Source: Stylophora pistillata (taxonomy: Eukaryota). Taken from it: a stretch of DNA of 64,000 nt. A model generated the notes under the pieces. The model did no database searches. It worked only from the letters and a program-made list of their open reading frames with translations, and was not told where the DNA came from. This document shows positions 1 to 11,332 of this stretch, in pieces. The DNA lies in contig NW_019217929.1 of NCBI RefSeq assembly GCF_002571385.2, forward strand, positions 331,871 through 395,870. Reading direction: 5' to 3'. The stretch's first letter is position 1. Each line of letters starts with the position of its first letter. Made by a program: the position numbers and the translations under genes.

Positions 1-122
1 CACTTGACTTCTAATATACAACCTTTTGCATCACCAAGGTAAGCTTCGACATAAAAGTTGATAAAGCACTCTCAGAGTTTTTGGTAGATCCCCTTTTAAA
101 TCACACTTTTGTAGGCAAAGAT

Positions 123-320
123 GTTTTTTCTCTTGTCACGAGCGTGGAACAAAGGACATAATCTGAGACCCCAGGAGGAATCGAACCTTAACCTTCGGAT
201 TCTGCGCAGCAATGTTCTACTACTGAACTACAGAGAAATCTCTGATAAGCGAGGTCATTACTAAGTTCACATGTGATACGCGTCCTGCAACCTGTTAGGA
301 TCAGTGATGTCAAAAGTGCC
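123..320 (-). mobile_element. tRNA-derived SINE-like repeat
   Basis: B-box-like segment on the - strand (plus strand ggaatcgaacc), degenerate tRNA-like core and a T-rich end, inside an AACS intron. Confidence 0.5.
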
Positions 321-787
321 GGAAGGGGGGGAGGTAAATAGAAAATCTAGAAAATCTAAGTAACTAAACTCTTCCAATTTCAGCGGAACGAAATGCGTCA
401 GTCAGATACTACACATCAAGTTCACATAAATGAAGATTGATATGGCCAATAATGCCTCGCACTCGAAATTTACCTCAATCGCGTGGTATTCGTCAAAATT
501 CATTTTGAGGTAATTTTGAAAGTTCAAACTTACCAAGATGACAGTCTATTTACTCGTTTCTGAATTTGTTTTCATTATGTCGGCTAACTGTCGGTGAACA
601 GTCGGCCGACAGTTGGCCGACAGATATTTTGGGGAGCTGTTCTTCCATTTTACCGAAAAGTCATAAAAGTGGGAAAAAGACATGAGCCAAACTAATCAAC
701 GGTTCTGTGCAGACAAAAAGTTGCCTAACGACCATCACCGCTTATTGCCTTTCGATTTCCTCAACTGAAAAACACAAGATTCCTTAC

Positions 788-3700
788 CAATATTATAAAT
801 TTCTGCACTCCCAAATCTTACACCAGCCGGGTTAAGAGTTCCATCACTGAAAAAACAACAACAACAGCCAATGATCAAGGTGTGATTGATCGTCAAATTT
901 GCGTAACCCTTGAAGGCCTTAAAGTGACTAGCATCTAATTTCTCCTTACATTATTACCATTGAATCGAACAATAAGGTAACGAGAATATAGGAAATGATC
1001 ACCAACTAAAAAAAAACTCGTGATTGTTAAGCAAATTCTCCTTGTCAGCACGTCAGGAAATGTATAGAGAACAGTATGAAGAATATGCATACTGCTGTTA
1101 GGTTAATCAAAAGAGACTGTCTAGAATTGAAATAAAGATAACAGGCAGGTCCAATGCTCTGATTCAATTCAGACAGCAATGTAGTGTCGAGGGCTTGAGC
1201 ACTAGCACAAAATGGTCCTGCGTTGTTCACTACGTTAAGACTGTCCTTACTTGAAATATCGACGTCACCATATCACCGACTGAGTAGCCGGGCAAAACTG
1301 AACCAGCAAATCAGTAAAAAAAAACTAGGGTAGAACTGTTCATAAGAAACCGAATTGTGAACGAGAGTAAACGTAGTCTCATTTATGTTCACAGTTTCTT
1401 TCTTTACCTTCTTCCTAGCATAAGAATTCCGCCAGTAGATGAGTTGATTGAGCAAAAATCACCGTGCGTCCAAACACCTAACGCGAAAAAGAAAGACAGA
1501 ATGAAATTAAAGAGGAAGTTGCTCCAGAAACCGAAAAAAAAATTTCATTTTCGCTAAAAATGATACCACAAACTGCGTTTTTAGATTCCATAAAGTAACT
1601 GAACGTTCGAAGACTGTCTCCTCGTGCGCTAAAATTCGGCAATGTGCGCCGCCATTTTGGGGACTGAAACAACTTAGTACCCAGGCCGAACGGAATGACG
1701 CATGAGAATTGGTTTTAAAATTAGCTGCTACCCCGACTTCCATAACTAACCCTACCGACTTCCATAACTCATCAGTTTCAAATAATTTTTATGTTTAAAC
1801 TGAAGTGTACTAGATACCAGTTTAAAACTAACCCGCAAACTTGTTGAAGTACGCTTTCTTGTATTTGAGGCCTTGAGGGTCATTCCAAAAGTGAACAGGC
1901 ATACATGGGAAGGGCTTGGTGCAAACCAGCTCTCCGCTCTGATCATAGACAGCTTTACCTAAGTTCAGAACAAATCATGAACACAATAGGAGATAGATTG
2001 ATTATATATTAACAGAAATTATCTTGCAGGACAGGAGTCTTTATTTTGCGAGCGGAAGCAAGCTGGAGGTGAGCGGGAGGTAGCGCGAGGCGAGTGCGAA
2101 GTAGGTGCGCGCCGAGTATGACCTGAGCGCTCTCTAGTTTTTCCAGGCGCTGGAAAAATGCAAAACAATGACGTATGCACCGCGAGATGTGGCAAAATGG
2201 GAACCTGGCCTGGCCATAAAGAGAAATGTGAAATTCACGACTTGGTCCGGTCCCACGCTCATTACTTAAAATTCCAAGCTCTATCGCTCTTCACTAACTT
2301 CAGGCAAATGGGACGAGCTAATTTTCTTCTGAAGCTAAGAATTACCTTGAATTGCAATATTACATTGGTCGTCAGAACAAAACTGACAGAGGCGTGACAG
2401 AAGGCTCATGTCTCCATATTATATACAAAAATTATCCAGTTTTTAGCCTCATTATGACGTAAATCCAAATGGGTCAACCAGCTTCCTGTAAGCTTCCTCT
2501 GTTTCCTCCTTCCGTTAGGCTAAACGGATTGGTGCGAGTGGACACTTGACAGGTCTTACTCAAAGAAGTTTCAGTCCCTATGTCACCAATTCGCAGGCGG
2601 CCTACAAAATCGATGTAATCGGGGCATGCTGCCGTTTAACTAGAGTCATGCGTGACATCCGGCTGCAACGTAGGCTAAGCTCCAAGCTTTCCGGGTTTTA
2701 GCAAAGATCACTTTTGACAGATCAATAGTCTACGTTTTAGACATGGAAAAAAGACGACGCCAGGGATCCACAGAAGAAAAGATGAGGAGAAGGTAAAAAG
2801 AAAAAATTACTGCTTCTTTGGGAACATGAAAACTACGAGGCTCAATGTTAGACACGTGATTTCATTTCGTGCAGCCGTCGATAGTTATCGTAACGGACAT
2901 CTAAGCCCAAAAACAAACAAAGTGGATGGAAATCTTCCGATTACAATTAAACAAGGTGACCTTTCGAACTCCCTAAAACATGCCACCTGTATCGCAAAAG
3001 GTCCACAGCATGAAACTAAATTTTAATGATCCATCTCTAACTTCAAAGTTTGCATGTTACTTAAAACTTCTGTAACAAAATAATGCTTGGAAGTCAGAGA
3101 GATTTCTTTTACCGTCGTCGTTCCAGCTTTCCACGGCCATTCCTAGGTTTCTTGTTTGAATTTCTCCACGGTACACAGGGACAGTTGGATTTTGGCCAGC
3201 AAAACATGAAATGATATCTGTGCCTCCTGTAAATTGGGATAAAAAAAAACATAAAATAAGTTCGGTGGGCAATAGGAATAAACAGTCGCCTGGTGGTTAC
3301 CGCTGTCCCTCGCTCTCTACCCAGAAGCATAAATTGGTACCCGACTAACTGTAGATGGTATTTTTGATGGATTTGCTCCCATCCAAAAGAAGTAAAGATA
3401 CCTCAAGTATTTTTCGGGAGAGGCATTATATCTCAAGGTTTTCCAGGTTAGCAGAGAAGCACGAGGGGCAAGACACGCTTGAGATAAGGAGGGCGGAAAA
3501 GTTTGTCCTCTTTTTCTAGCGCTACCCCATTTGCGCGTGTCTTTTCCCTCGCGCTTTTCTCCACAGTGCTTGCTTAAAAAACGAAAAAAAGTCAGGCTTG
3601 TTCTGCTGGCCGTACTCCAAGCCGCTTCTATCAAAGAATAAAAATCTGCGGATATGGGGATACGAATCGGTAAACCTCCAAAATCGACGCACAACTCTTA

Positions 3701-6700
3701 CCTTTGCATTTTCTAAGTAACGTTAAAGTTAATCATCGCCCTCACAAGTCTTAATAGTGCTTGTGCGCTGCAATTCTAGTTCCACTGCGCATCCCACTCA
3801 TACATACCTTCCCATGAAAAAAGTACGATTAAGGACTCTAAACCAAGATACATAGATAGGTTTCTCCCATAAGTCCCACCACTCACGGTACTGTTTTCAA
3901 GTCCCGCACCAATCAAAATCTCTTTCTAGCTCTTTATACCTCTTCCACAGAATGGTAGTCAGTAAGTTTAATTTTTTAATTTTAATTTAGTCCATTTTCA
4001 CTGCATTAAGTTTTGCAGTGGGGAAGGACTAGAAAGGAACATAGGAACCATTCGTGCTAGTCCACCCTCCCACCCATCCCACCCCAGGGGAGGACATCCA
4101 TCACACAGTAATCTCGTGTGTGGGAAATTAACGTCTCCTACCCCAACCCTGCAGGAGACGGGACCTCCATTTATTCGTCCCTATCCGAGAAGACTAGAAT
4201 ATCTAACCATTTCTTGATGTTATAGAAAGGCAGCAAATTCTTCTCAATCAGGCAGCAAATTCTTCTCAATTAAACTCAAAGTAACATTAAACTCACCTGA
4301 GATAGAGCCAAGGAGTACATTGTGCTTTATACTGCTGTAAACGTAGTCATAACTGGCCGGTTTCAGGGGGGAGCCCGTTGATAGTATCGTGTGTAGACTT
4401 GCTAGATTATGCGTCCTAACTGTAGTGAAACCAAAAAAATGTAGTATGGATATACATTCTTTGAAAGAACCCGCTTCGTAACCTGTATGCACAGCATTAA
4501 CCTCGAACTCATGTAGTAAGAGGTATTTAGGGAGAGAATCTAAACGGAAGATTTAAGTTTGAAAACTGGACATTTTTCGGGAAAGGAGCCCGCGATTCTC
4601 CTATTTGGAAAGGAACGAGGATCGATAGATCCAAGAGAGGGTAGAAATCGAGAGATGGGAGGGTCTCAATCCAGCAAAAACAGACTTGAAGAAATTTGTA
4701 TTAGCTTGCTGTGGCAGAGTTTACGCTGAAATATCGTCACAACGAACGGAACATGGGTGCTTACTATGAGCAAGAAACAGATTATTACGGACGGCACCGT
4801 AACTTACTTGGCTGAACTTCCCTGTCTTCGAGAGCTGACAACCATTTGGCTCCAGTTCCGAGAATGGTTATTCTAGTTAAGTAAAATAGCAACGAATCAC
4901 GCATGAGAAGAATCCTGAACTAGCCAGAACTTTCAACAAAAAACTATTTTGGTATATGATGTTACGTAAGTGCTCTAATGCATGCAGGGTAGTGCTCTAT
5001 GTACAGTACAACAAATGTAACTGCCACTCATCTCACCCTATTCGGTCAACTAAGTCCCAGATAACATTTGGTGAAGGAATAAAAGGTGATCCATCATACA
5101 ATACAACAGAGGCTCCGACAGCAAGGGCAGACACCAGCCAGTTCCACATCATCCAGCCTGTCTGTTAAGATCGATGTACAGTAATGATCATCATAGACAG
5201 TGGAGGGTAAAAAAAGAAACGCATAAGGAAGAAAAGCCGGTAGGTGTACACACACACACAAACCGGGCCCACCACTTAGCTAAAGGTCTGAATCCACCAC
5301 TGGTGGACGCAAGAATTAGATTCAAGACAAACGCAGCAAAAGACTAATCACACTCGAGACTAATGATTAAAGAGCAATATTCAATTGAACGTCAAAAGTG
5401 ATCTGGGAACAAATGTGTTTTGCCTCACTACACTTTGTGATAGGTCTAGAAATTCATGCCAAGACCTGGAAAGAAATATCGGTATTTAAAAAATTTGGTT
5501 AGTTGTAATTATGCTTTGAATTGCAATTATGAGGTCCCCAACACTTTCTATGTGAAGCGTGATTGTGGCATTTTTTTTTATTCGTGAATAGTGATTAAAT
5601 ATGATAAAATCTTTTCATGTCCACGTGAACGAAATTTTTTTTATTAAAAACGTAACCCGTGAGTGATTCGTGAAGCATTTGTTTTGCGCTATGAATTTCC
5701 GCCTGGTTCGGAGATCCAAACTGGGAGGATTGATAGCTTCATTTAAACGTATTAGAAAACAATGAAAATAACATTTCGTGAACTTGGTTTTTCATCTTTA
5801 TTTGAAACGCGATCGTCTGCAACTTTGCGTGAACGTAAAAGAATTTTCGACATATCCGTGATGCGAGAAAACGCCAAATATTTTTTTTTACAAAAGGGCA
5901 CGAGGGTCTCTTTGGAATAGGCTGAAAGGTGAGTATATATAATGTGCAACACTTAAGTTTCTGCCAGCCAAAAATGTATGGAGGCTGATCTAACATGGAG
6001 CTAAAAAAAAAAATCGTAACGTCACTTACAGTTGAGTAATAAAAGATCACATCTTGTCTGTTCATGTTCCCATGAAGTATATGTTCTTTCAGATGCTGGA
6101 TTAGTGTTCCCTTAAATTAAAAGTCCAAGAAAATCATATTTTTCTCTTCTTTAAAGAGACATCAGTCTAGCAAATAATGAACCCATGGCCTGCTTTGAGA
6201 TAATTACACCATTTCACAGCTGAAAATCCTAAGAGTTGGAGGGTATGTGTCAACCCTTTAACTTCCAGATCTAATCGTTAATTCTCCTCTCTGGCTACTA
6301 CACATTTCCTTGTAAATAAAGGACCAGAATTTGGTGTTAGATCAAGATAACAACTTCTGCCAGATAAGTTTGAGTATGCTCATTGCCTGTTTGCTTGATA
6401 AATTATGTATGGATATCAAAGGGAAAAGTTACATGTTAATCAATTCTGGGAGTTAAGGTTTTAAGCAACAAAAGAGAATAGGAATTGTCTTACTTACCCC
6501 AACAGAATGCACCATGCATTTTGGAGGACCAGTTGTTCCAGATGAGTACATGATGAAGAGGGGATGATTAAAGGGAACTTGTGCAAACTCTAGAACTGGC
6601 CACTCGTCAGCAAATTTTTTGAAATCATCCGACAACATGCTTATAAGAAGGAAGCAAGGAGATAAATGTTATCGACTGAAAATAGTTTTCAGACCTCATA

Positions 6701-9700
6701 AATGGCGGCTATCCCAAAAATGAGGATGAAGTAGCTCCAAAAACTCAAAGTTGACTGATGGTACAGTAGTACGGTGCATTTTAGCAATATTTTCCATTTT
6801 GATGTCTGAAATTTTAATGGACCACTTGAGGTCTGTAAGCTGATTTCTGTATGAAAAAAAATCAGAATTTACAAGATGGGAGGAATGTCATACTTTGGCC
6901 ACAAGCTAGAGTTACTTTTTACAAATTCAAAAACAAAATTAAGATTGGGAGACAGCTTAATGGAAAAATTGAGATCGAGAGACCAAGAAACCTCCTACCC
7001 CTCTACCCTCACAATAGAAGCACAAGTAACCATTGGTTGCTCAGCCATACTCAAAGAAATTTAGAGTTACAAATCATCTACAGCAGCCAAAAAAGTACGC
7101 AAAATACCTGTTTGGGATTCCAGATAGGTCAATGTCATCTGCTTTCCCAACAAATGGCATCACAACTACTTTCTCCAGCTCAGGAAGACCTGCATAAAAA
7201 TTTTTTTTTCAGATACGGATATATCAAAATACACTCACGAGGATGATAACAGCACCATTGTTATCAACATCTTTATTTACTGCTTATCATCAGTGTTACT
7301 AGTATGTAATAACTACCCGGCAAAGAGTAACAGTTTATTGACTGAGATAGAATAAATATATGAAAATCATATATTTTGAACTGCGGTATTTGATACGTAT
7401 GATGGACGATCCTCGCAGTAGATAGCGCTATTTGAGCAATAGCGAAATTCAGACCTGAAAAAAACCAGGCCTGTACGGGACTCGAACCACTGACCTCTGC
7501 GATACTAGTGCAGCGCTCTAACCAATTTATTGACTGTTACCTCTGAGCCCGGCACAGTTACTGTTAACTATGGTTTGTAGTAACAAGTACTTCACTCATT
7601 TATATGTGCTGCTAATACATAAAAAAAAAAAAGAGGAAAAGAATTTAGCATAGGTCAGGATCACTTTCCTGTAAAGAAGGAACTTAACTCTCTCTCACAG
7701 AGCATTTCCACCCATAAACATGTGTTTTACAGAGGGAAGCAAAGCCAANNNNNNNNNNNNNNNNNNNNNNNNNNNNNNNNNNNNNNNNNNNNNNNNNNNN
7801 NGTATCATTCGGGACCATTCGGGACAGTGCCCGGTCCAATACTGAGAGGATATTGACTGGCAATACAGCATTTTGATTGGCTGATTTTAGTTATTGGCCC
7901 TCTGACAGCCCGAGTCGTGTAATAAATTCTGATCCTCCACCTATTGAAATTCATGTGAAATGTGATAAAGCTAAGCCAAGAAATTTCACACCATTGACCA
8001 CTTTCATAAATGGCTGCTGGATTAATATTCTTTTGTTTATTTAAATTAGCCTTTCGGGCCTCGCTTGAGACAATGTATTCTTTTGAATTTTGTACTGGAG
8101 AACAAGGCGAGAAAGGCTAATTTAAATTTAAACAAAAGAATATTAATCCGGCAGACAATTATGAAAGTGGTCTATAACTTGAAAAATATGAAAAAAAGAG
8201 ACACGTGGACTGTTGATAAGTACCGTAACACCAAAATCTGGTGAAGTAGAACTCCATATAGCTCCCAAGCTTGCAGTAGCCAACATAGCCTCAACAGCGA
8301 AGGCACAATTGGGAATATAACCTTTAAAATGAGACAAGGAGTTAGTAAAAACATAAGCCAAGAACAAGAAGAACTGCTTCCAGTAGCCAAATTCAAGCCT
8401 AATAGATACAATTCTATGGACCGATAAAAACTTTTTCCTGTGTGAACTTGCTAGGAGGCAAGAGCCAAATAGTACCAATCAAGCCATGGCAAAACACTTT
8501 CTCTGCTTTTTAAAGTATTTTAACATGGAAAATTTATAAGAAAGCCTAAATTTTATGCAAACAACTCAGTTTTTCTGACTTGTGTCAAAACACATTAAAT
8601 ATGGACCATATTGGAGGGTCTCAGTGATAACTAAGGTGGTCGGTTTGTTTTCTTGTCCCAGTGGTTTATTAACATCTTCATACATACCAACAACTCTATC
8701 TCCTTTCTTGACACCAAGATTTTTCAGAGCAGAGGTTAATAATGCCACATTCTTTCTTAGTTGATGAAATGTTATGGTCTTGACCTCTTGTCCCTCTCCT
8801 ACAAAAGATTTAAAAAAAAATAAGGGCAAATCCTCAAAATTGTGACTATCTGAGAGGCTAAATAAGTTGTGATAAGAGGGCAAGCCTCCTCAACACCACC
8901 CCCCTCTTACACTTTCCCAATCGTTAACACCACCCCCCTCTTATATATTCCCAATCCTCAACACCAGCCTCCCTCTTACACATTCCCAATCCTCAACACC
9001 AACTCCACTCTTACACATTCCCAATCCTCAACATCAACCCCCCTCTTACACATTCCCAATCACACCCCAGTGTCACTTGTAAGAATATGAAAGGGTATCA
9101 CAACCTAATAAAATACTGGAAGAGGGGGGTGCAGTTACTGTAAATGACTGATGTCCTGTTTTGGAGGAGGACAAGTTACAGTTCTCTGGAATTCTCTATG
9201 AGCCCAAGATGAATGGACTTATCTGGGTATTTTGGTGAAAGAAAAAAACTAATCATTTAGTTGTACCTGCAGTATACAAAGCAACTTTGTCATCATCAAA
9301 TCGTAAAAGATTTTCTGCAAAATTAAGCTGAGCTCCATGGAACCATTCCGGAACCTCCTCCATTGGTTTAGACTCATCTAAAACCTTCACGAAAAATCAT
9401 TATACTAAAGAGTGATCAAGTGAGTTTATTTTAATACCAGCTGATCACATTCTTGACTATCATTCTCTATTCTTAAATGAAAGGATATTGGCTGTTTGTG
9501 CTTAAAATTCTGCTGGAGAAGGGTACTCATCAGAATTCTTAGTATGGAGGGTGGTATTTTGTTCTTTGAATCCTAGCCTCATCTTTGACCAAAACAAAAT
9601 AATGTTTTTTCAGATTTTATATCTTTTTTGTAAATTTAGGTAATTTATGCATTTAAAGCAGCCAATAAGATTCTATCTCATATTACTCCCAAAATTTAAC

Positions 9701-10669
9701 AATAAAGTGAAATCAACAAATCAACTTTGTTTGACAAGCAGGGTACTTTCCAAATTTGATAATCTGAAGTCATGATTTGTGAATACCACACCACATGTAT
9801 CTTAATTTGCTCTTATCTGTTAATAAACAGGATATTAAATAAGGGGTTTGTGAACATTTTATCTTATCTAGCAACTTGCGACAAGAAAAGTTATGATAGC
9901 AAATTTTAATTAGTACCTCAACGTATGGATGGGAGTGGATAACGTCAGCAAATTTCCAAAACATCTCCCAGAAATCTGTATGTTGATTGACACTCCACTG
10001 ATGCAGCTCCTCATAATTTTCTGTATGGATTCAAGGAAAAGCAAAATCATATGCATTTGTGTGTTTGGATAGAATTAGGAGGTCAGTGTTTTGACTTCAG
10101 GACTTTTTGTTCTATAAAAATGATTGAAAATTGAATATTACATCGCATTTTTTCTCCTACTTCTGAATTTTTTTTCAATCATTCCCTTGAAGCTAAAGAG
10201 AAGCATCATCTGGAGTTGTGTCTAGGGTGTGAAATTGGGCGTGTCAAGGGGTGTGTTGAGGGGTGTGTGTTTGCACTGATTAATGTTTCCTCTACAGAAG
10301 CTTGTCTAGCATCCAAAATTTTTCATTAAGTCGCCTTCAAATTAATCAAAGGCTATTAAGACGGAGATGATAAAGCGACTCGACCGATCAAAAATCCAAA
10401 CTGACCAGAAAAGATGTCTAACTATTAAGTTCAACAAATTTCCCTGTAAGTACAAATGGTGTGATTTTCATAATTTCTGCAACATTACAAGACCTTACTT
10501 TAAAATGACTTCTATACTCACCTAAACTCAAGCCAAATGTTTGATTCACAACTGACTGGAAATCGCCGATGTTGGTCGACTGATCTGCATTTGGCTTCCA
10601 CATACATTTCGGTCTCTCTTCTCGCACGGAAGCCATTGAGTTGGGATCCTCGCTTGTATCACCAAACAT
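788..10669 (-). CDS. AACS: Acetoacetyl-CoA synthetase (multi-exon; 3' exons lie beyond window start; one internal exon not found)
   Basis: GT-AG exons on the - strand: 10522-10669 (alternative ATG 10636), 9917-10020, 9267-9384, 8688-8798, 8224-8321, 7108-7189, 6498-6639, 6030-6110, 5037-5161, 4808-4872, 4297-4419, 3113-3226, 1833-1958, 1408-1477, 788-846. Motifs: [17 protein letters not shown]-binding loop [69 protein letters not shown]. Confidence 0.95.
904..1105. mobile_element. ~200-bp MITE (TAACCCTT...AGGGTTA family)
   Basis: Core gtgactagcatctaatttctccttac...ggaaatgatcaccaactaaa...aaattctccttgtcagcac...ggaaatgtatagagaacagtatg recurs at ~37690, ~43104 and ~44680. Confidence 0.8.
6251..6460. 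mobile_element. ~200-bp MITE (related AACCCTTTAAC family)
   Basis: Similar to 45938-46146 and to the reverse-oriented copy at 63725-63936. Inverted ends aaccctttaact / agttaaggttt. Confidence 0.75.
7353..7525 (-). mobile_element. tRNA-derived repeat (SINE-like)
   Basis: Near-identical to 26036-26170 (atatattttgaactgcgg...gatcctcgcagtaga...gtacggga[c/t]tcgaaccactgacctctgcga). B-box GGTTCGA on the - strand. Confidence 0.7.
7802..7925. repeat. 3' part of the ~320-bp dispersed repeat also at 14446 and 33318, truncated by N gap
   Basis: gtatcatt..ggaccatt..ggacagtgcccggtccaatactgagag...gtcgtgtaataa matches 14641-14765 and 33514-33637. Confidence 0.85.
7994..8174. mobile_element. Palindromic MITE
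   Basis: ~60-bp imperfect inverted ends: gaccactttcataaatgg...attaatattcttttgttt...aattagccttt / aaaggctaattt...aaacaaaagaatattaat...ttatgaaagtggtc. Confidence 0.8.
8886..9063. repeat. ~33-bp C-rich minisatellite, about 5 copies
   Basis: Unit cctcaacaccaccccctcttacacattcccaat repeated in tandem in an AACS intron. Confidence 0.9.
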
Positions 10670-11332
10670 AAATTACAAAAAGACACGTTTCTAAGAACTA
10701 CCAAGCTGTTCTTATGGATAAGGATAGCTCTGTCTTCCCGAAACTTTGGCTTTCATACGCTGTCTAGGCAACGTTGTGGTCTTTTGACAAATATTTCAAA
10801 ACTTGTCTGTAAAATTTCGTAACTTGGCGCGCCACGTCACTTACACCAGAGCCCCACGGGATTTGTTAGAACATTTTTAAAACTACTTCATTAAAAATTG
10901 AAGAATAGGCTTCTCCAAGGGGAAAGGAAATACATACTATACTCAGAATTTTCTCTTGAGTGAAACACTACTGGAAAATTTGTGAGAATGGCAATTTTTT
11001 CCTCTGAAAACCTGCTATTGTACCGCATCATCAGATGTTCGCGTGAAATGGCTTCCCTGCCAGCCCTGGGAAGGGTTGGTAAATTTAGATTTTAAATCGC
11101 TAGAAATTTGCTGAAGTTAATAACAGAAAAATGGACTAAAATTGTTCTCCTTTTGAATAAAAACTGCTGAGAAGAACAGAATTTTTTTAAATTAGCGTTA
11201 TTTTAGTGCAAAACAGAGATAATAATGCCCCTACTTTACCCTACTCTAGTTGGTAAAAATTATTATCAGGTAACCCAGACTTCCGCGAATAAACCCTTCG
11301 GTCATTCAAGGTCATAGGAGAACTGATTCAAC
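10670..11332. promoter_or_regulatory. Putative bidirectional promoter AACS/UPB1
   Basis: Start codons are 663 bp apart, head to head. ATF/CRE-like gccacgtcac at ~10831. YY1-like aacatggcgg overlaps the UPB1 ATG. Confidence 0.5.

Noticed and set aside
740-787. Apparent next AACS exon (VEEIERQ*) just after exon 788-846
   Set aside because: It would need a 23-nt intron and stops after 7 codons; the real downstream exons are probably outside the window.
4227-4271. Short direct duplications (22 bp here; also ~1733-1769 and ~25623-25690)
   Set aside because: Ordinary local slippage duplications with no further structure.
7465-7525. tRNA gene candidates (also ~170-230 and 26140-26230)
   Set aside because: Box-like motifs are embedded in multi-copy repeats without a complete cloverleaf, so they are treated as tRNA-derived repeats.
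7985-8030. Minus-strand MKVVNG plus GT, resembling the end of the missing AACS exon
   Set aside because: It coincides with the terminal inverted repeat of the 7994-8174 MITE, and the upstream sequence does not resemble AACS.
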